From positions 288,001 to 352,000 of the forward strand of contig CBDCKN010000015.1 of the NCBI GenBank assembly GCA_965218295.1: a DNA stretch of 64,000 bases, read 5' to 3'. Numbering within the stretch: position 1 is the stretch's first letter; each line of letters opens with the position of its first letter. This DNA comes from Longimicrobiales bacterium. Its GTDB lineage: Bacteria > Gemmatimonadota > Gemmatimonadetes > Longimicrobiales > Gaopeijiaceae. Below the pieces are notes generated by a model that worked only from the letters and a program-made list of their open reading frames with translations, made no database searches and was not told the origin of the DNA. The position numbers and the translations under genes were made by a program. Shown here piece after piece: positions 10,631-20,182 of the stretch.

Positions 10631-11248
10631 GTGATCATTGGTGAGTCTTTCGTCTGGATCCACTTTCCCAAGTGCGCTGGAACCACGACCACCGTGGTCC
10701 TACTGGAAAACTTCGCGACAGACCCGACAGTTGAGTTCGACGCGACCGACACCGGCGATGCGCTCTGGCACGAGACCGTCCGTGAGCGGGAGCAGAGAAA
10801 GCAGATTTCGTTGGACGGCAAGGATGTGCTTGCCAACACCCGAAGGTTGCCCGCCTTCGTGGTGAGCAAGATTCAATTCACCCAAGCGCTCAATCCCAAG
10901 ATCCAGCACACGAGAGAACATTACTTGACCGGCCGGTTTTTCGAAGCAGACGGGTTCGAGAGCTCGGCCGACTTTCTCCTCGGGCACTACGATGCCGACC
11001 GTGTGTCGCATTGGCTCAGGACCGAGCACCTGAAAGACGACTTCGTCTCCGTGTTTTCCCGGTATCTGGACCTGGACGGCAAGAACTTGTCGACGTTCTC
11101 GGACCACATCAACTCGATGCCGTACGACCGGGACATCGTCAAGTGGTACTCCCGCGAGGAAATGGCGGAGCTCTACCGCCTCAACCGGCGCTGGAGCGCG
11201 GTCGAGCGACGCGTCTACGGAAACCTCCTGTACGAGGAGATCTATTGA
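10631..11248 (+). CDS. Sulfotransferase family 2-like protein
   Basis: FVWIHFPKCAGTT resembles the HIPKTAGTS PAPS-binding motif; LRTEHLKDDF. Confidence 0.6.
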   Translation: MIIGESFVWIHFPKCAGTTTTVVLLENFATDPTVEFDATDTGDALWHETVREREQRKQISLDGKDVLANTRRLPAFVVSKIQFTQALNPKIQHTREHYLTGRFFEADGFESSADFLLGHYDADRVSHWLRTEHLKDDFVSVFSRYLDLDGKNLSTFSDHINSMPYDRDIVKWYSREEMAELYRLNRRWSAVERRVYGNLLYEEIY

Positions 11249-11442
11249 GCTTTCCGCATCGCGCGAACAGCTTCTACCCGTGAACCATTGGCGACCAGCT
11301 CTAGTACTTCGCATTCCGGCAGAATGGCCGCTTCGTAGTTTGTGACATCCGCTCGGCCGATCCTTGCATGGGCGGACGGCGAGCGTGCACCTTGCCTGGG
11401 CACGGCCTCGCGATAGCCTGACTATCCGTCACGAGGACCCTC

Positions 11443-12457
11443 ATGTCGAAGAAGCGAGCGTTCATTACCGGTATCACGGGCCAGGACGGCAGCTACCTGG
11501 CCGAGCATCTGCTCGAACAGGGCTACGAAGTCCACGGGCTCGTCCGACGCGTCGCCCAAGAGGACCCGTCACGACGCCTGGGACGCGTCGCTCACCTGAC
11601 GGACCGCGTGACGCTGCATCCGGGTGGTCTCGAGATCTTTGCTTCTATCTATCGGATCTTCGCGGATAACGACTTCCATGAATGTTTTCACCTCGCGGGC
11701 CAGAGCTTCGTCGCTGAGAGCTTCGAGGACAGCTTCTCGACCATGGATATCAATGCGTCCGGAACGCATTTTGTTCTGGAAGCGTTACGTCAGTTGCGGC
11801 CGGAGTGTCGCTTCTACTTCGCCGGTTCATCGGAGATGTTCGGTAAGGCGGTGGAGTCGCCGCAAACCGAGACGACGCGCTTCCACCCCCGCAGCCCGTA
11901 CGGGATCAGCAAGGTCACCGGCTTCCACCTGACACGGAACTATCGCGAGAGCTATGGGCTGTTCTGCTGCTCAGGGATTCTCTTCAACCACGAGAGCCCG
12001 CGCCGCGGCCTCGAGTTCGTGACGCGGAAAATCACGTCGACGGCCGTGAAGCATCAAGCTAGGTCTTGCTGACAAGCTCTACCTGGGCAACCTCGACGCG
12101 CGACGCGACTGGGGTCACGCCGCGGACTACGTGAAGGCCATGCACCTCATGCTGCAGCAGGACGAGCCGGACGACTACGTCGTCGCGACTGGCGAGACGC
12201 ACTCGGTGCGGGAGTTCTGCGACGTCGCGTTCTCGGAACTGGATCTCGACTACAACGACTACGTCGAAGTCGACCCGCGCTTCTACCGCCCGGTCGACGT
12301 CGAACTGCTCGTGGGCGATGCTTCCAAGGCCCGAGAGAAGCTCGGCTGGGAGCCACAGACGAGGTTCGCCGGACTCGTGCGCAAGATGATCGCCTCCGAC
12401 ATGGAGCAACTCGCCTCCACCCTCACCAAGACCACCTCACAACGCCTCGATGACTAG
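11443..12457 (+). pseudogene. gmd: GDP-mannose 4,6-dehydratase, +1 frameshift
   Basis: [59 protein letters not shown] resumes in another frame after ~12050. Confidence 0.92.
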
Positions 12458-12587
12458 CGGCCCCGAAGGTCTTCATCCTGGCCCAGGCACCGAAGCACCA
12501 GGACGACGCCCTTCACGGGAAGGTCCACACGGTCCCTCAAGGGTAGAAGACGGGCTCTGGCGATCGGCCTGACTGTCGGCTCCATCG

Positions 12588-13133
12588 TCAGCCTGGCCGG
12601 GGCCGGACTGACGGCCTCCTCACGCCCGGCGGGTCGAAGACCACCTTCGCTTGCTCTCCCACCTGGATGCCCCTCTCCGCGAACCACCCCTTCCGGACCT
12701 CGAGGGCGAACATGGCGGGTGCGGTGCTGTTGTAGAGGTCCTCCGTCTGCGGCTCCATCTGCTGGATATCCACGATCCGGAAGCTCACATCGAGGAAGGC
12801 GATGTCGAGAGCGATGTAGGTGTCCTTCATCCAGAAGGAGCGATACTCCTCGCTCTCGAACACGAAGAGCATGCCGCTCCCGTCCGGCAGCTCGTCGCGG
12901 AACCGGAGGCCGTCATTGCGCTCGGTAGGGGTATCCATCACCTCGGCCAGAACGGTGTCGGCGTCGAAGACGATGAGGGCGACCTCCGGCCGTGGGTCGA
13001 TCGCTGCGCTCGCGACCCGCTGCGCCGTCGAGAGCACGTCCGCCGGTGGGAACCCGCCCGCCGCGGGACTCGAGCCCGACGCCGGAAGAAGCGTCCACGC
13101 CGCTGCGCCAAGGATGATCGCGAACGCCCTCAT
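12588..13133 (-). CDS. DUF192 family protein
   Basis: DTPTERNDGL, GMLFVF, SFWMKDTYIALDIAF, ALEVRKGWF; signal peptide. Confidence 0.88.
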   Translation of the reverse strand: MRAFAIILGAAAWTLLPASGSSPAAGGFPPADVLSTAQRVASAAIDPRPEVALIVFDADTVLAEVMDTPTERNDGLRFRDELPDGSGMLFVFESEEYRSFWMKDTYIALDIAFLDVSFRIVDIQQMEPQTEDLYNSTAPAMFALEVRKGWFAERGIQVGEQAKVVFDPPGVRRPSVRPRPG

Positions 13134-13250
13134 GTCACTCCACGTTGTGAACCGACTCCCCAATCAAGGCCGATGCTGATAGTTTATCGGACTGCATACC
13201 AATCGGTGAGCGGTCCGCATTCAATACCGGTGCTTAACAAAGGCGTTCCC

Positions 13251-13508
13251 ATGGTTGATCCTGAGTTGCTGGAGATCCTGGTCTGCCCGGAGACGCGGCA
13301 GCCGGTGAGGCCCGCGGATGCCGACCTGCTGGAGCGGCTCAACACAGCCATCCGGTCCGGTCAGGTGGCCAACCGTGGCGGCGATGCGGTAGAAGATCCG
13401 GTAGACGAGGGCTTGGTCCGCGAGGACGGGAAGGTGCTGTACCCGGTCCGCGAAGACATTCCTATCATGCTCATCGACGAGGCCATCGAGGTCGATCACC
13501 TTCCTTGA
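13251..13508 (+). CDS. Trm112 family protein
   Basis: MVDPELLEILVCPET...YPVREDIPIMLIDEA. Confidence 0.88.
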   Translation: MVDPELLEILVCPETRQPVRPADADLLERLNTAIRSGQVANRGGDAVEDPVDEGLVREDGKVLYPVREDIPIMLIDEAIEVDHLP

Positions 13509-13552
13509 CGCTCTACCGCCTTGGACGAGTACCAGCTAGCCAAGACATCGAG

Positions 13553-14710
13553 ATGAAGTTCCCAACTTCGGCTCGGTCCGCACTGAGGACCGCGCTGCGC
13601 CCTCCCAGAGCCGGCTACGCGCTGGTCCTGATGGCGACGCTTCTCGCCGCCGCGTGCCAGGGCGAGTACCCCCAGACCACCCTCGATCCGAAGACCGACT
13701 TCGCGGAGACGATCCACTCGCTCTACGTGAGCGTGTTCTGGTGGACCATGCTCATCCTGGCGTTGGTCTGGTCGGTTCTCGCGTACGTGGTGGTCAAGTT
13801 CCGGGAGAACCCGGACCGGCCGCATCCGAGGCAGGTTCACGGCCATCTGGGCATGGAGATCGCCTGGACCATCGCGCCCGCCCTTATTGTCGTAGCCATC
13901 GCCATACCCGCCATCCGAGCCGTATTCCGCACGCAGACTCCTCCTGCCGCCGACGAGGGCGCTCTCGTGGTGGAGGTCGTGGGGCATCAGTACTGGTGGG
14001 AGTTCCGGTATCCCGAGCTGAGGGTGACGACCGCGAACGAGATGCATCTCCCGGTGGGCCGGCCCATCACCCTCAAGATGTCGTCGGTAGACGTCATCCA
14101 CTCGTTCTGGGTGCCGCAGCTGGGCGGCAAGCGCGACGTGAACCCCCTGCGCAGGGTGCCCGAGGGCCAGGAGGCCCGGTACAACTGGCTGTACTTCACC
14201 ATCAATGAAGAAGGCACCTTCCTGGGGCAGTGCGCCGAGTTCTGCGGCGAGGCCCACTCGCTCATGCGAACCCGTGTGGTGGCCGAGTCCCAGGCCGACT
14301 TCGACGCCTGGGTCGACACGTGGCAGACCCCCGGGCCCACGGCGAACGCGCCGGCCGTAGACCCCACCACGGGTCAGCCCGTGGTCCAAGAGGATCCTTT
14401 GGTGACCGAGGGCCGGACCGTCTTCTTCTTCTTCCAGTCCACCTGCATCGCGTGTCACTCGATCCACGGGACGCCGGCCCAGGGCATCATCGGGCCGAAC
14501 CTGACACGCCTCGGCAGCCGGAGCACCATCGGCGCCGGGCTCCTCGCGAACACCCCGGAGAATCTCTTCCGGTGGATCAGCGCACCCCATGAAGTGAAGC
14601 CCGGCGCACGGATGCCCGGAGCGCAGGTGGGCGGGGGAGGCTTCCCCGCCACGAACCTGTCGGAGGATCAGGTCCGGGCCATCGCAGCCTACTTGAGTAG
14701 CCTTCGGTAG
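13553..14710 (+). CDS. ctaC: Cytochrome c oxidase subunit II with fused cytochrome c (caa3 type)
   Basis: Lipobox LAAAC, GHQYWWEFRY, DVIHSFW, CAEFCGEAHSLM CuA site, CIACH heme c. Confidence 0.96.
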   Translation: MKFPTSARSALRTALRPPRAGYALVLMATLLAAACQGEYPQTTLDPKTDFAETIHSLYVSVFWWTMLILALVWSVLAYVVVKFRENPDRPHPRQVHGHLGMEIAWTIAPALIVVAIAIPAIRAVFRTQTPPAADEGALVVEVVGHQYWWEFRYPELRVTTANEMHLPVGRPITLKMSSVDVIHSFWVPQLGGKRDVNPLRRVPEGQEARYNWLYFTINEEGTFLGQCAEFCGEAHSLMRTRVVAESQADFDAWVDTWQTPGPTANAPAVDPTTGQPVVQEDPLVTEGRTVFFFFQSTCIACHSIHGTPAQGIIGPNLTRLGSRSTIGAGLLANTPENLFRWISAPHEVKPGARMPGAQVGGGGFPATNLSEDQVRAIAAYLSSLR

Positions 14711-14733
14711 ACGTCGGGTGAGACCGAATAGAA

Positions 14734-16533
14734 ATGTCTGAAGCTCATAGCACCGGCATCTGGAGCTGGATCACAACCGTCGATCACAAGCGGATCGGCG
14801 TGATGTACTTCGTCGCCTCCCTGGTCTTCCTGATCATCGGAGGGATCGAGGCGATCATGATCCGGATTCAGCTCTGGCGGCCAGAGAACGACTTCGTCAC
14901 GCCGGAGACCTACAACCAACTGTTCACGATGCATGGCACCACCATGATCTTCCTGGTCGCCATGCCGCTCGCTGTGGCGTTCTTCAACTACGTGGTCCCG
15001 CTCCAGATCGGAGCTCGGGACGTCGCCTTTCCACGCATGAACGCCCTCTCGTTCTGGGTGTTCCTCTTGGGAGGCATCTTTCTGAACTCGAGCTGGCTCT
15101 TCGGGATGGCTCCCAACACGAGCTGGGTCGGGTACGCGAACCTGACGTCGAGCCAATTCTCGCCTGGCCACAACGTGGATTTCTGGATGTTGGGCCTCTC
15201 GATTCTGGGTGTGAGCTCGATCATGGGCGGGGTGAACTTCATCACCACGATCGTCAACCTCAGGGCGTCCGGCATGAAGCTCATGCGCATGCCCTTGATG
15301 ACGTGGATGACCCTGGTCACCAGCTTCATTATCGTGACCGCTCTTCCCGTCATCGCGGTGGCCCTGATCCTCCTGCTCTTCGACCGGTTCTTCGGGGCCA
15401 ACTTCTACGTTCCCACGGCGGGCGGCGACCCGGTCCTCTGGCAGCACCTCTTCTGGCTCTTCGGACACCCGGAGGTCTACCTCCTGATCCTCCCGTCCTT
15501 CGGGATCGTCTCCGACGTCATTCCGACCTTCTCCAGGAAGCCCCTGTTCGGCTACCCGGTGGTGGTCTACGCCGGAATCCTCATCGGATTCATCGGCTGG
15601 GGAGTCTGGAGCCACCACATGTTCACGACGGGCCTCGGCCCCATCGCCGACGCCTTCTTCGTCGCCTCCACTATGATCATCGCCATTCCTACGGCGGTGA
15701 AGATCTTCAACTGGATCGCGACCATGTGGGGCGGTCAGATCCGGTTCACGACGCCTATGCTCTACTGCATCGGCCTCATCGCCATCTTCACGGTGGGCGG
15801 GCTGAGCGGCATCATGCACGCCTCGGCTCCCGTCGATCTCCAGCAGCACGACACCTACTTTGTGGTGGCGCACTTCCACTATGTGATAGCCGGCGGGGTC
15901 CTGGCGGGGATGTTCGCAGGGATCCACTACTGGTTCCCCAAGGTGACGGGGCGGATGATGAGCGTGGCGCTGGGACGGCTGAGCTTCTGGACCTACTTCA
16001 TCGGGTTCAACCTCACCTTCTTCCCCATGCACCTGAGCGGGATGTACGGGATGCCACGGCGTACCTGGACCTACGCCGCCGAGCTCAACATCGAGGGGTT
16101 CAACGAGCTCTCGACCATCGGCGCCTTCGTATTCGCGTTCAGCGCCCTGGTCATGGTGTGGAACATCGTATGGAGCGCCGTGAAGGGCGCCGAAGCCGGA
16201 CCGAATCCCTGGGGTGCGTCGACGCTGGAGTGGTCGATCCCGTCGCCCCCGCACCACTACAACTTTCCCGAGATCCCCACCATCCGGAGCCGGGAGCCGC
16301 TCTGGCACGAAGACGAGAAGAGGGAGCTCGAGGTGGTGGTCACGCAGATCCCCGACGTCGAGCCGGTCATGCCCAACGGGTCGTACTGGCCGATCCTGAC
16401 GGCTCTGGGTGTGGTCGCGACCTGGGGCGTCCTCCTGACGGGGATCTGGTGGGCACCCCTGGCCGGATTGGCGTACACGATGTTCTGCGTATTCAACTGG
16501 GCGTTCGAAGACCCGTTCGCCCAGAGGGGATGA
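14734..16533 (+). CDS. ctaD: Cytochrome c oxidase subunit I, type A1
   Basis: DHKRIG, FTMHG, IGARD, GHPEVY, WSHHM, PTAVK, HFHY; two extra C-terminal helices. Confidence 0.98.
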   Translation: MSEAHSTGIWSWITTVDHKRIGVMYFVASLVFLIIGGIEAIMIRIQLWRPENDFVTPETYNQLFTMHGTTMIFLVAMPLAVAFFNYVVPLQIGARDVAFPRMNALSFWVFLLGGIFLNSSWLFGMAPNTSWVGYANLTSSQFSPGHNVDFWMLGLSILGVSSIMGGVNFITTIVNLRASGMKLMRMPLMTWMTLVTSFIIVTALPVIAVALILLLFDRFFGANFYVPTAGGDPVLWQHLFWLFGHPEVYLLILPSFGIVSDVIPTFSRKPLFGYPVVVYAGILIGFIGWGVWSHHMFTTGLGPIADAFFVASTMIIAIPTAVKIFNWIATMWGGQIRFTTPMLYCIGLIAIFTVGGLSGIMHASAPVDLQQHDTYFVVAHFHYVIAGGVLAGMFAGIHYWFPKVTGRMMSVALGRLSFWTYFIGFNLTFFPMHLSGMYGMPRRTWTYAAELNIEGFNELSTIGAFVFAFSALVMVWNIVWSAVKGAEAGPNPWGASTLEWSIPSPPHHYNFPEIPTIRSREPLWHEDEKRELEVVVTQIPDVEPVMPNGSYWPILTALGVVATWGVLLTGIWWAPLAGLAYTMFCVFNWAFEDPFAQRG

Positions 16534-16541
16534 TTCGATAG

Positions 16542-17135
16542 ATGGCCGAGGCGGTTGCCGTGCAGGACCACTACTACACGTCCACGGGCCTGGACAGTTG
16601 GAAGGTCGGCTTCTGGGCGTTCATGGGTTCGGAGTGTCTGTTTTTCGGGACGCTGATCACCACGTACATGGTGTACAAGGGCGCCAGCGTCAGCGGGCCC
16701 TTCCCGGAAGAGATCCTCAACATCCCGCTCACGAGTATCAGCACCTTCGTGCTCCTCATGAGCTCCACGGCCATGGTGCTGGCCCTGGACCAGGTGCGGA
16801 AGGGCAACAAGAGGAACACCCTCATCTCGCTGGCGGGCGTGATCGTCTTGGGCTCCATTTTTCTGGGATTCCAGGTCTACGAGTTCACCCACTTCGTCCA
16901 CGAGGGGCTCACGATCCAGCAGAACGTGTTCGGATCGTCGTTCTTCGTGCTCACGGGCTTCCACGGGGCGCATGTCACGGTGGGCGTGATCTGGATGGCG
17001 ACGCTCTTCATCCGGTCGCTCATGAACAAGCTGCCGCCGGCCAAGGCGCTCCAGGTCGAGATCGCGGGGTTGTACTGGCACTTCGTGGACATCGTCTGGA
17101 TCGTGATCTTCACCCTCGTTTACCTGATTCAGTAG
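16542..17135 (+). CDS. ctaE: Cytochrome c oxidase subunit III
   Basis: SECLFF, TGFHGAHV, LYWHFVDIVW. Confidence 0.96.
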   Translation: MAEAVAVQDHYYTSTGLDSWKVGFWAFMGSECLFFGTLITTYMVYKGASVSGPFPEEILNIPLTSISTFVLLMSSTAMVLALDQVRKGNKRNTLISLAGVIVLGSIFLGFQVYEFTHFVHEGLTIQQNVFGSSFFVLTGFHGAHVTVGVIWMATLFIRSLMNKLPPAKALQVEIAGLYWHFVDIVWIVIFTLVYLIQ

Positions 17136-17166
17136 AATCAGCAGCCTACTTGGAGCAGAGAGAGTC

Positions 17167-17508
17167 ATGAGCAGCGCTGAAGCCACGGCCACGGCACACG
17201 ATCAGCACGAGGGTGGACACGGCTCCATCGGCTTCTACTGGATGATCGCGGGGATACTGACGGTCATCACGGGAGCCGAGGTGGCCATCTTCTACATAGA
17301 GGCTTTGGCTCCCGTCCTGGTCCCCATTCTCCTGGTGCTGTCCACGGCCAAGTTCGCCATGGTCGTCATGTTCTTTATGCACCTGAAGTCCGACAGCAGG
17401 GTGTTCTCGGTACTCTTCCTCGCGGGACTCTCCTTGGCGGTGTTCGTGGTTGTGATGATGATCGCCCTGTACCAGTTCCTGCCCCGCTTCGACGTGGTGG
17501 GGGGCTAA
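17167..17508 (+). CDS. ctaF: Cytochrome c oxidase subunit IV
   Basis: KFAMVVMFFMHLK, three TM helices, operon position. Confidence 0.9.
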   Translation: MSSAEATATAHDQHEGGHGSIGFYWMIAGILTVITGAEVAIFYIEALAPVLVPILLVLSTAKFAMVVMFFMHLKSDSRVFSVLFLAGLSLAVFVVVMMIALYQFLPRFDVVGG

Positions 17509-17548
17509 GAGCCGGCCCCCCCCCGGGCTGGAAGAAAATTCATCCCCA

Positions 17549-17577
17549 TTGACGTATCCGAGCACGTCACTTATCCT
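17549..17577 (+). promoter_or_regulatory. Sigma70-type promoter of the met cassette
   Basis: TTGACG-17 bp-TATCCT immediately before the riboswitch. Confidence 0.7.
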
Positions 17578-17584
17578 CCGAGCC

Positions 17585-17701
17585 ATCATCAAGACCGGCT
17601 GAGGGGCAGGCCCTATGACGCCGGGGCAACCTTCGGGGGAATTACGCAGCCCTCGAAACGGTGCCAAGTCCTGCGGGAACTAAGGTTCACCGAAAGATGA
17701 A
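17585..17701 (+). ncRNA. SAM-I class riboswitch (S-box)
   Basis: TCATCAAGA..GG.TGAGGG.CAGGCCCTATGA.GCC..GGCAACC...GGTGCCAAGTCCTGC...AAGATGA, upstream of Met biosynthesis genes. Confidence 0.92.
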
Positions 17702-17805
17702 CTCGCGTCCGAGTCCCCGACCTTCCCTGGTCGTGGATTCCGGTCCGATCGGATCATCCGCAAGCGCTCCTTGTTCCCCACCGTCATGGAACAGGAGTGA
17801 GAGGC

Positions 17806-17922
17806 ATGACCCAGCAGATCGGCGTCTCGGGCCGTCGCTCGTCGACAGCGACCCTCGACGCCTACCGGACCACCGGCCCTTCGCCCACCGTTCACCTGAT
17901 CGGACCCGGGGGGCTGTCATGA
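17806..17922 (+). CDS. 38-aa ORF coupled to metX (uORF or gene remnant)
   Basis: AGGAG/GAGG RBS, MTQQIGVSGRRSSTATLDAYRTTGPSPTVHLIGPGGLS, stop overlaps the metX ATG (ATGA). Confidence 0.4.
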   Translation: MTQQIGVSGRRSSTATLDAYRTTGPSPTVHLIGPGGLS

Positions 17923-18899
17923 GGACCGTGGCCGCGCCGCCGTTCGGAACGGTGGCCCTCCACGGCTCCGCCGCGGGAGACATGGTCGCCTACGGCTCCT
18001 ATGGCCCGGAGGACGCCCCCGCCGTCTTTGTGCTCGGCGGCATCTCGGCCCACCGCTTCGTCTGCGGCAAGCCGGACGGGACCGAGGGCTGGTGGCCGGG
18101 TGTGGTAGGTCCGGGCGTCGCTCTGGATCCGGAGCGGTACCGCATCGTGGGCATCGATTGGCTAGGCGGTGCGGGGGACTCCGGCGGCCCCTCTCCCATC
18201 GAGTCCGGCCTCCCTGTCGTGACCACGGAGGATCAGGCCCACGCCGTGGCCGCCGTGCTCGACCACCTCGAGATCGAGAAGCTCCACGGCTTCGTGGGTG
18301 CCTCGTACGGAGGAATGGTGGGGTTGGCCCTGGGCGTGCTCTACCCGGAGCGCGTCGAACGACTCCTGGTGCTCTGTACGGCCCACCGCTCGCATCCCAT
18401 GGCCGTGGGCCTCCGAGTGCTCCAGCGCCGTATCGTCGCGCTCTCCGCGGCCGCGGGCCGGGAAACGGAGGGACTGGCTCTGGCCAGGGCCCTGGCCATG
18501 ACGACCTATCGGACTCCGGAGGAGTTCGAGCAGCGCTTCGTGTCCTCACCCAGCTGGGACGATGGCCTCCCGCGCTTCGCCGTGGAGGAGTACCTCGACG
18601 TTCAGGGCGAGAGATTCAGCCGTCGCTTCGACGCGAACACCTTCGGGATCCTGTCCCAGTCACTCGACCTTCATCGGGTGGAGCCTGAGGACATCACCGT
18701 TCCCACGACCGTCGTTTCGGTGGACTCCGACACACTCGTACCGCCCTGGCTGGTGGCCGAGCTGGTGCGAAGACTGCCGAGCTCGAGCCGGGCAATCAGG
18801 ATCGCATCCCACTTCGGGCACGACGCATTCCTCAAGGAGCACCAGGTGGTGAGCCGTCTTGCCCATAACTTCCTCGACGTGGAGGCCCATCATGCCTGA
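17919..18899 (+). CDS. metX: Homoserine O-acyltransferase (MetX, Xanthomonas-like succinyltransferase type)
   Basis: VLGGISAHR, GASYGGMVG, YRTPEEF, FGHDAFLKE. Confidence 0.92.
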   Translation: MRTVAAPPFGTVALHGSAAGDMVAYGSYGPEDAPAVFVLGGISAHRFVCGKPDGTEGWWPGVVGPGVALDPERYRIVGIDWLGGAGDSGGPSPIESGLPVVTTEDQAHAVAAVLDHLEIEKLHGFVGASYGGMVGLALGVLYPERVERLLVLCTAHRSHPMAVGLRVLQRRIVALSAAAGRETEGLALARALAMTTYRTPEEFEQRFVSSPSWDDGLPRFAVEEYLDVQGERFSRRFDANTFGILSQSLDLHRVEPEDITVPTTVVSVDSDTLVPPWLVAELVRRLPSSSRAIRIASHFGHDAFLKEHQVVSRLAHNFLDVEAHHA

Positions 18900-20109
18900 G
18901 CGCCGAACCGAGACCCGCGCCGTTCGGGCGGGAGTGGCCGTGGACCGGGAACACGGAGCCGTGATCCCGCCCATCCATCTCTCGTCCACCTTCTCCTTCG
19001 TGGGACTGGGAGAGCAGCGCCAGTACGACTACACTCGCTCGGGGAATCCCACGAGGGACATTCTGGGAGAGGCGCTGGCGGATCTCGAGGGCGGTCACGA
19101 GACCGTTGTGACCGCCTCGGGCATGGCGGCGGTGACGACGGTCCTGCAGCTGTTGGGACCGGACGACCTCATCCTGGCGCCCCACGACTGTTACGGAGGG
19201 ACCCACCGGCTCCTTACGAGCTTTGCCCGGAAGGGCCAGTTCCGGTTGGAGCTTATCGATCAGACCGACCCTAACCGGCTGGACGAGGCCTTTGCGGACG
19301 AACCGAGCATGATCTGGGTGGAGACGCCGAGCAATCCTTTGCTTCGAGTGGTCGACATCGCGGACATCGTCCAGAGGGCCCGTACCGTGGACGCCGTGGT
19401 CGTGGTCGACAACACCTTCCTCTCGCCGGTGCTCCAGCGGCCCATCGAGCTGGGGGCCGACCTCGTCGTCCACTCGACGACCAAGTACCTGAACGGGCAC
19501 TCGGATGTCGTTGGCGGCGCCGTGATCGCCCGGACGGCGGACCTGGCCGAGGAGGTGGCGTGGTGGGCCAACGCCCTGGGCGTGACCGGTTCGCCCTTCG
19601 ACTCGTTCCTCACCATGAGGGGAATCAGGACCCTGCACGCCCGCATGCAGCTGCACGAGACCAACGCCCGTGCCATCGTGGGCGCCTTGAAGGAGCATCC
19701 GGCCGTGAGACGCGTCTATCACCCCAGCCTCGAGGACCATCCGGGGCACGAGATCGCGGCATCCCAGCAATCAGGCTTCGGAGGGATGGTCAGCTTCGAG
19801 CTAGAGGGCGGAAGGGAGCAGGTGAAGGCCTTCCTGGACGGCCTCGAGCTGTTCACCCTGGCGGAGTCGCTGGGTGGCGTCGAGAGCCTGGTCTGTCATC
19901 CGGCGACCATGACCCATTCCGCCATGGACGAGGAGGCGAGGGCCGTCGCCGGCATCGAGGACAGCCTGATGCGACTTTCCGTGGGGATCGAGGCCGCGGA
20001 AGACCTCGTGGCCGATCTGACCGCCGCTCTCGACCGGGTGACGGTCTCCGAGCCCCTGGCGCTCGCGGCCGGAGCGTCTGCGGCGGTAGCAGCTCTTCGC
20101 ACCTCGTAG
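18892..20109 (+). CDS. metB: Cystathionine gamma-synthase
   Basis: YTRSGNPTR, ETPSNPLL, DNTFLSP, HSTTKYLNGHSD, AESLGGVESL. Confidence 0.95.
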   Translation: MPERRTETRAVRAGVAVDREHGAVIPPIHLSSTFSFVGLGEQRQYDYTRSGNPTRDILGEALADLEGGHETVVTASGMAAVTTVLQLLGPDDLILAPHDCYGGTHRLLTSFARKGQFRLELIDQTDPNRLDEAFADEPSMIWVETPSNPLLRVVDIADIVQRARTVDAVVVVDNTFLSPVLQRPIELGADLVVHSTTKYLNGHSDVVGGAVIARTADLAEEVAWWANALGVTGSPFDSFLTMRGIRTLHARMQLHETNARAIVGALKEHPAVRRVYHPSLEDHPGHEIAASQQSGFGGMVSFELEGGREQVKAFLDGLELFTLAESLGGVESLVCHPATMTHSAMDEEARAVAGIEDSLMRLSVGIEAAEDLVADLTAALDRVTVSEPLALAAGASAAVAALRTS

Positions 20110-20182
20110 AGAGGGATCCCGGTGACCCGCATCGGGTAGGCAGGCGCGATGCCAGGCTGATGCCCACCCAAGCAGATCGTGC

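Noticed and set aside
12454..12585. Short ORF MEPTVRPIARAR... as a truncated gene marking the island's right border
   Set aside because: Too short to assign, and no convincing target-site duplication with the left border
14419..14434. (TTC)4 run giving FFFF before the heme c motif of subunit II
   Set aside because: In frame and short; no evidence of switching
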